Source of the DNA: Camelus dromedarius
Lineage: Eukaryota
Direction: 5' to 3'
Length of the DNA: 64,000 nucleotides
Assembly: GCF_036321535.1 (NCBI RefSeq)
Contig: NC_087436.1
Coordinates: 101,000,001-101,064,000 of the forward strand
Numbering within the stretch: position 1 is the first letter of the stretch; every line of letters begins with the position of its first letter. The notes under the pieces are model-generated. The model had not been told where the DNA came from and did no database searches. It saw nothing but the letters and a program-made list of their open reading frames with translations. A program made the translations under genes and the position numbers. Of this stretch, positions 41,557-55,571 are shown piece by piece.

Positions 41557-44500
41557 CTAACATTCCTGAGATAACATTAAAAACATTAAATAAACTGTTT
41601 AAATATCTTTTTTAATGCTTACTTTACCAAATGGTTTGCATAATTAAAAAGTGAATTGCTTTATTTCCACAATCTTTGGAAGTCATGGGACCAAACCCAG
41701 GAGCAGGCTCTTAGTTTTAATTTTCTTCTACACATGCATTATCTTATTGAGTGAGGCAAAGTCCCAACTTTGGCAGAAGGGTGCAATGAAGGGGTGTGTG
41801 TGTGTGTGTTTGGGCAGGATGAACTACCTATAAAACAGGCACAAAGAATGTAACTGTCTGGTTTAACCAGTGAATAAAATACCTGATATTAATTCTTACC
41901 CTATTTTGGCCCTCTTGTATTTCTTTAAAAAGCAATTCATTATATTGATTCTATTATATTTTTATTCTGAAGGGAAAAATATATATTATCCTCTTCCTAA
42001 TTTTTGTGATACGAACATTTGACTATTCCACTTATGATCCCAGGTACCAAGTTACCAATATTTATGTCAAGCCACAATGTAGAGTAGTTCCTGATGATGA
42101 AATAAAATACTGCTTTACCCAAAATTACAGAGATGCATTGTGTTTTATAACTCATGCAAATAAAAAGAGGAACTTCCTTAATGTCTCTGAAAAGTCAGTA
42201 GAGAATGGATTAATGCTTGCCTTAGACAATAGGACAACGAGATTGGTGATTTGCTTAAAACTGCGTGATACATTAATGCTTCTGTTATATATAAAATGAA
42301 AACTAAATTTTCCTACTTAAAGAAGTTTTCAAAACAGAAATAATTACAATGGCTACAATAGGTTTTCATCAACTTTGAATGTAGTAATGCAAATACAGCC
42401 CTTTGGCGCTAAAAGCAAAAAGCAAGAATAATAAGTAATAACAGTTACTATGTATTGAACACCTAGTGATAATCAGGTAGTAACCATAATTTTACATCTC
42501 TTCTTCCCAGTTTCATCATTTAGAAAACACAGATCATATTAACTTCCTCAGAGTGATTCTATAAAGCAAATGAATATGTAGAACCCTCAGGTTAACATTA
42601 CTGTACTGTAAATGTATTTGTTTATTATTTCAATTTCTCCTTACCCTTTTATCATTTATTTTTAGATACTTAATAAGGATACTATTTCATCATCCTAGTA
42701 AGCCTTCTTGAGAGATTATCCTCTTTCTGTTCTGTTGCTCTTTTCTCTCCCATGTGTGTAAGAGCGGGAGGGAGTGAATGAATCCGTGATTCATTTGTCT
42801 CTGACATTGGAGATAGATACTTCATGATGACTTGGTCCCTTTAAAATCCCTTCAACCCTTTCTGTTTCAATTGTATTGTAATTGGGGTGTTTTGCACTGT
42901 GATCTGAAAATTATCTCCAATACCCCATAAGAGTTGACTTATATATTTATAAACGTATTTGGCTTAATTAGCAATTTAAGAGGAGACGTGGGTAAGTGCT
43001 AGGAATTGGTGCCTAATTGGCAGAGTCTATCCATGCTCTGTGATTGGCAGTCATCTTTACAAGGCTTTTCTTCCTGCCATGAATATTTGGGAGTTGACTG
43101 TAATCTCAGTCTTTTAGGAACCACTTTGCTACTGGGCACTGAATGATCTTTAATAATTATTTGATGAATATCTCTGTGAGTTACTGGTTTCTGTCATTTA
43201 CTATTCCTCAACAATAAATCCAGGAAAATACGTGCAGACCTTTTAAAGCCAGAAGCCATTTAGCGGCAGAAAATAAATGTGAAACTATTCATATGTTTTC
43301 TCTGTCTATGGCTTTCACAGAATTATATTTGTAATAAATATTGGCACTTGTTCACAGCGGATAGAGAGCCATGTGCTCTTAGCCTTGGAAACCAATAAGA
43401 AATTATCGGTTTCCAAAAAAGGAGCCAAAAAACAACTTACCTTAATGGCAAAATACAAGGGAGGCCAGTGAACATTTTTGTAAGCAAGAAAACAATCACA
43501 TGTTTGACAAATATTATGAACATTGTGGATCTGATTTAATGCGGAAAAAAAACTATATAACCAGAAATATTTTTAAAGTATCTTTTAAAAAGTAACATAG
43601 TAAAGTAGTGGTCTGATAGAATTTTATGAAATGCTACCTACCTGAAAAATACATGTTCATGTATAGTTGTAATAATCCTTTAAGGAAGACAGGCCAGTAA
43701 TTATTTTCATTATTGTCTCTATTTTACAAGTGAGTGAGATATTATGTGAGTTGATCTAGGTTGCCTTCTTGAAAATGTGATGGAGGCTGAACCAGGACTC
43801 AAACTCCTGGCATCAGTTGTTTGTAAATGTACATACTACATTATATACTACAACACAGCAGAATTAAGTTAGGTTTAAGAAAGATGTTTTAAAACTGAAA
43901 ATTTGTAGAACAGACTCTTCTAAAAAAGTATCCCCAAAGGAATACAGAAACTTGATAGTCCGAATGACTCAAGCATAATGACTTTTGGTAGAGAAAATGA
44001 ATTACTTGATCCTCAAAATATCATAGGTGAGGTATTACAAGGGAGAAAATGTGCGTGCGATGGTGCAGTCGGGAGAGGCAAAGGAATAAGGTTATTAGAA
44101 GGATAAAATCAAGAAAAAATATGAAATCTCAGAGTCAATCTGTGGGACAGTCCTCTAATCTTCCTTCAGAAATGAAATGACTGTCAGAGGAACTCAGAAC
44201 TTTTCATTAGGGTAAAGAAGAGTAATGCATTTTCCCTGCTATTTTCAAAAAAAAAAAAAAAAACTTAAAAAATAAAGACCAGAGGCTAAGTAATCAAGCA
44301 GAAATCTTGTACTTTGTGCCCTGAAATAAAATGTGGTTACTTGAGAAAAAACACACATGGGGACCTCTAAACCCATGGACAATTGATAGAACTAATTTAA
44401 TAGCTACTTGATTCTGGGGACACAGATAATACTCAGACATGAGCTGCAAAGGAAAGGCATGTAGGTTTGATTTCACAAGCGAGGATAAAAACTGTCTGGG

Positions 44501-46979
44501 GCTGAAATAGGCAAGAATTAGATTTTAGATTTTCATTATTCTGGGAAAAAGAGATGAACCAATGTTGTCCAGGAAACTAAGAGTGTTTCTCAAAATTGAG
44601 CTCTCAGAGAACTAGGGAAGGCTGAATACAATTGATCAAGCTGAATAAAGGGCAATAAGCTTAAGGGGAAAAAAAAAACTGATAAAATATGGTTCTGTGT
44701 GAACACATTGCTTCCAATCACCTGTTCAAAGATGATGTATGGTTAACATTGCCTCGAACAAAGCAAAGGGAAAGAATAAGGACTGGGCCCTAAATTCAAT
44801 TTTCTCAAATATTTGTGTAATTTAAAACTGAGTTTATTTTAGGTGAGAATTATCTGAGAAATTGTGACTGTATATATAATAATTTTGAAAATTCCGTATC
44901 AGTCTGGGAGATTTTTCTGATGGACAGAGTTTTTTTTTTTAAGAGTCACAGTACGTAACTCTGCCTTGTAAACGATGAACTGATGGAGAATTAATTGACT
45001 GTTTAGATAAAGCAAAGACATCTTACAACATGCACCAGAAGCAAGGAGGTAAACAAAGTCTGCGTATTTATTCAGCACTAAAAGTGACATTGAGAAAAAT
45101 CAATGACATATTTTTCAAAAGAATATGCAAAATCCTGAAGAGATAACTCCAAAGAGAAGAGAAAACAAACAAAAAACAACAATTAAAACAACACAAACAC
45201 AAGTTAGAGACAGAGGACTGAATTTGGTGCCCAGTACTAAAAGAGGCCCTGAGTCTCGGGAGCCAAAACAATCTGGTTTTCTGGAGATGATCTCAGCCAC
45301 TGGCAGACAGGATACAGCAGAGCTTACCCACCTCACTGGGTCTGAATACAGTTCCTCTTTACAGTCCATTCTCATCAGGCACTCTTTCAAGAGGTACACT
45401 GATTTTCCTTGGGTCTCCTTAGAGAGGAAGAATATTGCCTTGGAGACAAATCAGAAGCTTTCCTATTTTTTGAATGGGATATTCTCCTGTTCAAAATTTA
45501 ATAAACTAATATTCTGGCTTGACATCAGGATCTTGTAATAATGTTTAGAATTTGTCTTGCCTCTGTACAGTTCTGCATGCTGATGAAACTGACTTTGGGA
45601 TCTAGAAAAAAATTTCCAGGTACCACCTCGAGACCACTCAGACAGGTAGCTTTCTCTGGGCACACCCTCCATTTCCATACATTCTATTCAGTGCTCCAGG
45701 ACAACAGGGAGCACATATGCCAGGCCAAAAAAAAAAATGACTATTTCTAGAGGTTTCTGATGAACGTATCATATGCATGACTAAATAGGAGTTGCATATT
45801 TATTTGGAAATTATTATGTGGCAATTATTTAGATTATCTTGGGAGGGAAAAACAGTTTTATCAATATATTTAGTCCCTACTTACAATTCCTACTAAGCAA
45901 CAATGAACACAGAGAAAGGAGAATACATTTATGTGACATTGATAGTTGTCCTTTCTTAGATAAAAACAACATCAAAAGTGACATCTGTGGGGCAATTCAT
46001 TATCAGTAAGTCTTTGCACATAATATATTTGGAGGCAACTCTTCCCTTGCATGGTAAGCACCTTTGACACTGCATTTCTGTGGTGGTGTTCACATACAAA
46101 ATACTGAAACTGGACAGTCAATGACTATACAATTTGAATCTATTTCCTGTGCAAATTCTATTTCATGATTTTCTGTTTTGAAGCATGTCTATTTGCATAA
46201 TATTACTAACAACTGATAGCACTATTACAGTGTAATCACAAAAAAAAAGTTTAATGATGACGAGGACAATGTTATCAATTACTGAATCTCACTAAAAATG
46301 AAATTAGTCAGGTACTATTTTGATTTCAAGCCAGTGGGATGGACAAATGATGACCCAGTATAAAATAAAACATAGAAGTCATATAAGAGGCCAAAACTCA
46401 CTTAAAAGAGTAATTACTATATTTCAAGGAAAGATCGTGAAAGCCACTACAGAAATTTCAGACTCTGTAGTACGTTCAGAAAATTTTGTAAAAATGAACA
46501 AACAAAAATCCTGAACATGACGTAGACTCATAGGCTGGTTAGAAATTCATTAAGACTGATGTGAAGGGATACAACCATGCTCTTGCCTCTGATAATGACA
46601 CGATAATGGGCTTGTTGACCTGGGGAAGAAAATTCCCAAGTGTGTTTTTACACTACCTTTCCTGGCCTTCCACTTCCTCAGGTGTCTCACTTCCTTTGAA
46701 TCTCCATCGGCAATGTTGGGCTCCTAGGCCATATAAATATATTCAACAATTTTTTTCAACATCTATGTGTAGGAGTCTAGGTGCATAATCCTAATTCTAA
46801 ATTTCTCCTTAGCCTGCCATATTTTGTTTGGTTTTGCTTTTTATTTTTAAATGTCCTTCTCAGTCGCTTTCACGGAAACTTACTTCTCCATCATTCTCTT
46901 TTATTTCAAGATTTGTTTTCAGATTCTGTGTTGAGTATGAGCTTTTCTCCGGTGTCATATGTTTAATTGATGGTCACAT

Positions 46980-47535
46980 CTATTCTCTAAATTCCATAAT
47001 CAACAGGGTGCCAATGACTCTTATAGCTATATTTCTGCTATTTATGTCTCCTCCCAAGTTTCTGATGATACATTTTCAATAGCCTGTTAGATATCACCTG
47101 AATTTTTCGAAGATACCTTAAATCCCACATGCCTTAATTAGGTTCATTCTCCTGGAAAGGCACTGTTCTTTCCATTTTTCCCAGGTTGGCAAACAGTACC
47201 ACTGCTTTCCCAGCATCTCAGGCTGGTATCCTTGGTATCACTCACTATCCTCTTAAACTTATTCATATTTCTGCTCATCAAATCCCTACTCACCCATCCT
47301 TCAAAGCTTGGCTATGGTTTCTCATACCGGCAACTCATATCCTCCTTTGGTTCTAATAACATTTAGTCTCCTCACCTACAGCCTCTCACATCTTTACTTT
47401 TAAACATCTAACTCTGTTCATGTCATTCTCCATCACAATATTTAACATTTAGAAGGCAGGGGAGAATGTCTCATTACCTTTGAATCCTTCTGGGAATTCG
47501 CATAGAGTAAACACTCAACAAATGATCATGGAACT
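46980..47535 (+). mobile_element. L2 LINE relic (fragmented)
   Basis: Pyrimidine-rich gccaatgactc...atatcacctgaattt...ccttcaaagc...gaaggcaggggag...cactcaacaaat pattern. Confidence 0.5.
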
Positions 47536-50239
47536 CCATGAATTTTCATAATACTCCAAATTCCCTGTCCATTGTATGAAATTTTAGCTCTGGCTGAGAT
47601 GACCTTTTGCTACAAATGCTGGGTTGGTGAAATGCAACCTCATACTGAATAGAAACAATGTGCATAATTCAGTATAGGGCACTATGACTCTCAGGAATGC
47701 AACCTCAGAGAAGCATGCCATTCTCAGCTTATATGTGGGTCCCCCAATGACCTCACCAATGCAGATGGTAAGAATTTCAGAGCAGAAATACTCACAGACG
47801 ATATATTTTGCAATAGAAATGAATGAGTGGACGATTTTTAAACAGGCCGCTGTTCTATCTTTTTATTACCGAAACATTTTAAAGCACTCATCATAGATTT
47901 CTTTTCAATAGATAGTATCAAAACTTAGTTTCTTTTGTGATTATCATATTTTTGCTGAAAATCTGTTTTAAAGGAGGCATTTAAGTTTTCATGTGTTTCA
48001 AATATTTTCTCATTTTATTAAAAAATTATATTTTCTGGACATTAATGAGAAGGCATACAAGATAATGAGATGGATGCTAAAAAGTCTACTTGCATAAATT
48101 AAGTCAAATTTATCAGAAACAAGATTTAGAAACAAAGCCACCTATTGTTTATGTTCCAGATAGAAAGGGAATGTGATAAAAAGACACATATCCATATACT
48201 TAACTTGAATCTTGAAAGTAATTACAAAAATTATATGCAACCATAACACAAAGAATGAATTGGTTTTTCAAAAAATAAGCCTAATCTAATCCAATCTACT
48301 CTAACCTAATCATCTATTTAATTTGAGTAATTCAATTGATCTTCTGGAAATAAATAATAATAACTTCAAAAGATTATTTACATGCTCTTACTAAGTTTAA
48401 AAAGCCTGATTTAAAGCACACATATTTTTACTAATTATTCATATTTATGTATAGGGAGAGAAAAGAAACATGAAATTAATCTGTAGATCAGACTTAGATT
48501 TAGCATACACTAACAATTTGATCAATGATAAATTCTGGAGTTTTGGAACTAGTTATGTTCAGCACCAAAAACAAACAAACAAACAATACATTGATTAGAA
48601 AAGTAAAGCAAATAATTTAACTTTATTTAGCTTAGCATGAAGCCTCTGGGCCAATATAATACTTACTTTTAAATTATGTAGAAGATGGGAAGGTAAAAAG
48701 AGAGGATATGATGCAGATAACATTTCAAGCCCTTCTTCTGGCCTAAGATATTATTAATAAAATGTAAAAATTTCAATAAGCACTTTCATAATTGTTTCAT
48801 CGGTGTAATTTTCCTCTCCATTCTCTGTGCTTCATACCACCCTGAGCTTCTCTGAGGAGCTTTCTCCTTTTCAAATTATAGTGGAGTTACTTGAAATCAA
48901 GGTGTATCTCCCCAACATAAGGACCTCCACATGAAGGCAGAAGTTCTTTCTCATTCACTTCAACTTACTAAGAAAGACGTGGTCATATTGTATTTTCAAT
49001 ACATGGTTGTTGGATCAAAATGAACAACCACAGCTTTGCCACTAAACTAGAGGTGGGAAGGACATTATTCTGTTTTGCTTTACTTAAGAAGAGAAGGCTT
49101 TTCTTACCAAAAACAACAACAACAATAAAAACCAAACCAAAGAAACAAACAAAAACAACCTGCAATAGAAGAAGTAACAACAGTGAGTGTTTTAACCTAG
49201 AAGAGAAATATTGAGATAAAACAGTTTCTCAATAAGTGGACTGACCTCTGAGGTTGCATGCTAACTACATTTTAAGAACCAAGTTCCAGAGTTCCTTTAA
49301 TCACATAGAAGTTGCTTTAGAGTGTTGTCATATTTCAGCAACATCGAGTTTTTCATACATAACTCTAGAAAAGAATCGGAGGAAGAACAGAAGTATATCC
49401 AATCTGAAAGCAAAAAAAGAATGCAAGAAACATGGGAATAATGCCTTAACTAAATAAGGAGCTAAACACAGAAGTCATTATCTAGCAAGTGTGCTGAAAT
49501 TCAGATAAGCAAATGCTTTGAGAGTCTGGAGGCAACCAACCCACTAACTGACCTCCAAAGTCACTTTGGGATTTGATGAGAGCTCATTCCCTCCTCAAAT
49601 GTCATAAGGGTTCAGCGGAGTGATCTAGTTTTAAAGGACCAAATTAGAATAAAAAGGGTAATATGGCCACACGTTTTATCAGTGTTAATTATTAATACTG
49701 AGATTAAAAAAGAAAGGGCTGAGAGTTCGGTAAGCATACTAATTAGATACTTTTTTTCAGCTCATTTTCCCTGTCAATGTGAGTATTTTTGCAGCAGTTT
49801 AAAGGGAAATATAAACCTGAAGAATAATGCATTCAGCTGGAAAAGTAGGTATAAAATGTAAAAACATTTAAAAAGAAAGAAAAGAATTCAGGGAGAGAAT
49901 GGCTTCTTCTCACCTTGAATGACAAGAGTTGGGTTGATTTGGTGTCAGAGGATAGACTCTTTCTTTCCCCTCATTTTAGATCCTTGATATGTTTAAATGT
50001 CACTGCTCCTGAGTGTCACCCCTTGGTATCCCACAAAAATGAGAAATCGGCTGGGAAATATTCAAAGTGAGAATATTCTTAGCAGTAATTTTAGAATGCT
50101 ACCTTTGTGAAACTAACATTTGATGATGCTATCTATCATGACTGACCATTGTGTTATAATATATCCAAGCTACCTAAAGTTAATATTAATCACAATCATT
50201 TTATTATTGCTATTGAAACAATAGTAGTGAATAATTTCA

Positions 50240-50450
50240 CCATCAACCAATATAGTAAAACTACTGGAACTCTTACTGTTTATTTATAAATTATTAGGTG
50301 CTACTATCTCACTTAGTTTCTTTCACAATCCTATTTGTTATTGGAGTAAGAGGGGCTGAGAGAGGTCAGAAAGTTACACTGCTAGTAAGAGGAGAAACCA
50401 AGATTTAACCCAATGTCATTAGATTTCAAAGTCTGTTTTTTAAATCACTA
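50240..50450 (-). mobile_element. MIR SINE relic
   Basis: ttcacaatcctat...ggctgagagaggtcaga...acactgctagtaagaggagaaaccaagatttaaccca. Confidence 0.6.
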
Positions 50451-53400
50451 CATTCCATCCACAACTTTGCCTCTTCTCTGGTAGGAAATCTTTAGATTCT
50501 TGTAGATTGTGCTGCTCATTTTACTGGAAAGCCGGAAAGCTACTGTAGCATACATCTTGATTGGCTGAGATTCTGGTTAAAAATAATCTCTATAATCACT
50601 CTCTCTCTCTAATCATTACGGAGACGTAGGAGTAAACAGGGTCCTCTGGAAGTGGGGACATGTTGACTTGTGTATACTTGGGAGGTACAGAGCCATTTCA
50701 TAGATGGCTAGAAAAGTGGAAAATGTGGTCAGACGCTAGCAACTAGACATGGTGAAATGCAGAATCATAAAAATGAATCCTTTCCGAGGTATATCAGTCA
50801 CTTCCCATAGAAAAAAAGTGCAGGGTATTTGTTTTGAGGCATTATGCTTATGCTATTAACAAGTATATGAGCATCTTTGGAAAGTTGGAAGAAGCAGCCT
50901 TGCTACTTAATTCAATCTAAATAAAAACAGCACAAACCAACAGTAACTAGATGAAAGTACCTTGCAAACGATTGCTGAAAATAGGGTAGGTGGGAAACAA
51001 GGAGAGAGACAGAGAGAGTCCTTTATCCCACACAAGGATATGAGTTTAGTCTCTATTCTCATGACCTTTGGTAATATATTTGATACTTGACCCAAATGTT
51101 ATTTCAAATATCTTGTCATTTACTTTTGAAAGCAAGGTAAAAAGTCCATGATGGATACAAAATGGAGTCATGGTAAACTGCACCAAGTTTTAACCTTCAA
51201 GAACAATGTGCTCTAAACACTAAAGCAAGTAGAGTGAGGAGAAAAAAATAAAACAAGCAAGAAAGTTTGGAAGTGGGAAATTCGAAACTATCAGAGTATA
51301 TAACTGAAAATTGTCTTTTAAGTATTAGAGAAAATCGAGAGGCATAAAATTTATTAGATATTTAGAATGGCTAAGTTTCTGATTATTCAACTTTTTAAAA
51401 CCACCTACCTTATGGATCAACTGCTATTTTCTTATTTTAATTTATTTCTATGTTATACTATTTATAAGTTCATGTAGAGGAAAATACATATTTTGTTCAC
51501 ATTTTGTTCACTCACTGTGAACAAAGTTTACACTATTAAGGAAGAGGGTAAATGCACTTATTCTGTTGTGAGATCATTTCATCATAATTAATGGTTTTGA
51601 GGGCACTGTGCCCAGAGCCAGATCAGACCTATAGATGCCTCTTGCATAGTATAGTCTGGGATGGCTCCAAAACTGTCTCCCATCCCGACCTGCTCTTGGG
51701 CCAACCTTTCCACCTACCTGGCCGGAAATCACACCATTTGACCCAATTCAGTTCTTTGGCTTATGTAATACATGCATTACCTGCATGCATTTAGAAGGCA
51801 CAACTTCTGCTTTGCCTGTATTACTACGTATTATCAAATTCACTCACCATCTCACTAAGAGACCCAAAGGTTTCTTTCTGTTCAGGAGAATAAGATATAT
51901 TAAAAAAGAAAAAAAAAACTGAGTGTAAGGAAAGAATTGCAGCTTATCGGATCTGGGTATGATTTTAAACTAAATTTAGTTAATTACCTTACAGATGATT
52001 AGAAACAGACTCAGAAGGAGTTAGTGACCTACCCAATACTAAATGAAAATTGGGATCAGAGGTCAAGTGGGGTGTTTTCTATATTGAAATTGCTAAACAC
52101 ATCATATGATCAAGTGACACACAGTAAAAACAAACTAGCCTTGCAAATATGACTCGGGGGACTTTGAGAAGAATAAGTAGATGATGGCATGAGGCAGGGG
52201 TCAAAACAAATACTTACAATAGACTCATAAACACCGCTCCAAGAGAAAGTTTGAAGACTACTGCAAAATTAAGAGGACAAGCTTTTGCATAGTCAATGGT
52301 TGCCCTTACTGTGTTGTTGCTTTTAAGCTTTAATTTGGTTTTTACTTGAATTATCCACTTATTTTATCATTATCAAATATTTTTTCATCACTCAACTTTC
52401 TACCATGTACTCTATATTTTCAAATATTTCATACCACTAAATGTATTTTAATGAAATAACAAATAACCATTTTCCGCAATCTTATCAAAGGATCAACATG
52501 AAATAATCACAATATTGATAATAATTAAACCAAAGAAAAATATATCAGTGATCTTTTTCGTTAATAAATGTATATAATTCATTAGAGTTTTCTTAAAATG
52601 TTTTTAAATAGTATAATTTTCATTATGCCTTTCCAGAGACCCATGGGCTGTAAGAACCCAAATTTGGAATTATCAAAATGTTGGGTCTCACTTTGATTAC
52701 TACATTCAGGCTTCAAAAAATTATATTTATCCTTACACTATATTCTTTTACCTAAGCTAATAAGAAAATAAAACCTCATTCATCATTTGGCACTCCTGTA
52801 AGCTGGAATATAGGATAAAACTTGTTATAAAGAGAATTAACCCATAAGCCTTCTTTATAAAATTTTATTACGCTGAAGTATAGAAGGCAGATAAAAGCTT
52901 TTGTAAAACAAAGTGCATTTCACTGCCTATGTACTGAAGTTTTCTTGTGTTTTAGTTATTTCCTTATTATAGCATCTGTAGTGATTTATTATTATTATAA
53001 ACAATTTATTTTTATCATTCACTGTCCCAATTTATACTCAGTTCACATCATCATACTAGAATGTTATAAAGCTATTGCACTGGAAATTATCTTCTAAAGT
53101 TTACAACAAAAGTTAATCCTAAAAAATTAGTTATAACTGCATTGTTTCACATAGGTTAAAATTCAAGAAAAATATTTGAGGTAATAATTACGAACCAGGA
53201 CAGCATCCAAAATGGTATTTTCAGGGAAAATCCAATACAAATCCTGATTAAAACTTAACCAAGCAAAACACTGCAGATTACCTGGATTCCAATTAAATGT
53301 GACAAATGAAAATTTGACAGGTTTCAATTCCAATTCTATTTATGTCAGAATAATCCATTAATGTTGAAGATGAAATTACCAGAATTCAAGCAACACAATT

Positions 53401-55571
53401 GCACTTTACGGTTAGACAGTAGTCTGAAATCTTGAACCCAACAAAACTCTTACTCAAATGTCAACTGCTACATTTGGATCACCCAAGTGAATCATGTCTC
53501 CTTCTGTCATTACCTATAGATCAGGGCTAACATAATCACAGCTAGCGGATGACAATTGGTTATATAAACTCTGAATTTCAAGTGTCAGTCACATAAAGTC
53601 AGAAAAAAATCAGTTACATTATGTTCCTTGGCTGTTGACAAGCCTGAAAGCATGGTTATAAAAAAAAAAAACTGTAAGTCTTCTTTGGGAAATGTTTTCT
53701 CAGTAAACTTTCTAGTCTCTTAACAAGCTCACCTGTTAAGTTTTCCATGACATGTATGTTTCCTAAAAGGTAACTGCTATGTGTTTGTCATATATCATTG
53801 TGCTTATTATTCATTATTTCTTATTTTAATGGCGTTGAATCTTTTTAAACTCAAAAAAGAAAATAACATTAAAATGGGATTATAATGCCAATGATAGCTG
53901 ATATCTAAAAAATAAAGACTTACTTGTACTTTATTAATAGCAATACAAGTACTTTTTAAAATACAAATAAGTGATATGATATTATCAAAAGGTAACACAG
54001 ATATTGCAAAGCACTTAAAGTAAATTAATCCTGCCTTCCTAGGGGCTTGTGTATGTGTGTGTGGGTGTGGGTATGTGTGTGTGTGAATACAAAACATTAT
54101 TACAGTATTCTTAATTTAACTTTTACTTTTGTGCAAAGCATTTCAAACATATTTGCCTGAAATATACATTTATCAGCACTGTAATTCATACTAAATTTTT
54201 TACTTATTTAAAAAATACGAAAAAACGTTAACTTTTAAAAACCATATCAAATTCCCATCCACATAAACACACACTGCCATACACACAGATAAGCATGCCT
54301 TTACAGCCATAAGGCAAAATGTCATTTAAACTCTGGATGATTAATCAAGAGGGGTGTCAATCATCTCCTCACCAAGATATGATAATGTGGAAAAATAATT
54401 ATTTAGCATGATTTAGTTTAGCAATCATTGCACTTGGGGTCATTTATGATATATTACTCTCTAATGTTGGATTTTGATATTCACAGGTAAACTTCCAGAA
54501 AAAAATCAGACTTTCTCCTGCATTAATATGCTCTATTTGCATACTATCACTCAAGAAACTGGTATACAACAAAAAGTTAAAACGTCTTGTTTCAGTTGGA
54601 GGATGGAATGGTGAAAGACATAGATTTGTTTCAAGGTTTCATTAGAGATAAAATGTGTGTGACTCCTTTCCTTCCCCTACATATAGCCAAATCTCTTTTT
54701 ATATATGAAATAATAATAAAGTTAGTAAGACTCTATCATTCCATTATTGGACACAGATCTATTCTCAGGCATTTATTTATAACCTGAAATAAAAAAAAAA
54801 AAACATCTAATTGTCTTTGGGAAAATAACAAATGTGAAAAGCTTTGTGAGTACTGCTTGCAGTCTAACTGCACAACTTAAAGGAAAGTGCACGTAAGGTC
54901 AATTGGAACTATGAGAACCATCTCACAACAGGACAGGAACAGAGAGAACTCTAGTTTTCTTTCTTCCCTTTCCCTCGCACAAAAATGAGAAAAACCTTAC
55001 AATTAAATGAGAAAGGAGTACAAATAGCATTTACGATATATTTTGGAGAGTAAGATAATACTGTTCTCCTTCTTTGACTCCATTTCAGCTAGCACTTGAA
55101 AGGAGAGGTTTGAAAATGCTTCTTTAAATCCCTTGGAGAAGAAAGATCGGAGAATATGTGTTTATTGTCATTGTCTCTTACTATAAGACTGGATGATTGC
55201 ATTTGAAGAAATAGTTGCATGACAAAAATGAATCGAAGAAAACAATTACACGAGACCTTTCGCAGTGGCTACTGTTTAGATACTCTGCACTCATTTAGGT
55301 TTTTTTTCATAATAGGTACTACTCTGATTTCTTTGAAAATGTGTTTATTTCTGATAGGTGGTTTTAAAATGATGGTGCGAGTTTGGTGAATTTCATCTAG
55401 AGAGTTACATTCCTTTATTTGGTGTTTCTGTACTTTAGCAAATGTTTGTTATTTCCAAGAGAATCGGTTCAGTGTCAGCTATTTTAGCTTGGTTTTAGAC
55501 TGACCTTCGCGAGTCTACTTACTACGGCTCACTAGCGTGATTATGTGTGTGGATGTTGTGTTTGCCCCTAC

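Noticed and set aside
43634..43660. Minus-strand tatttttcag|gtaggt ratchet-like site
   Set aside because: Short pyrimidine tract, sits at the edge of an apparent MIR relic; expected by chance.
45125..45538. Longest ORF in the track (137 aa) with overlapping antisense ORFs
   Set aside because: No recognisable domain, low-complexity A/C-rich start, antisense to PCDH7; compatible with chance.
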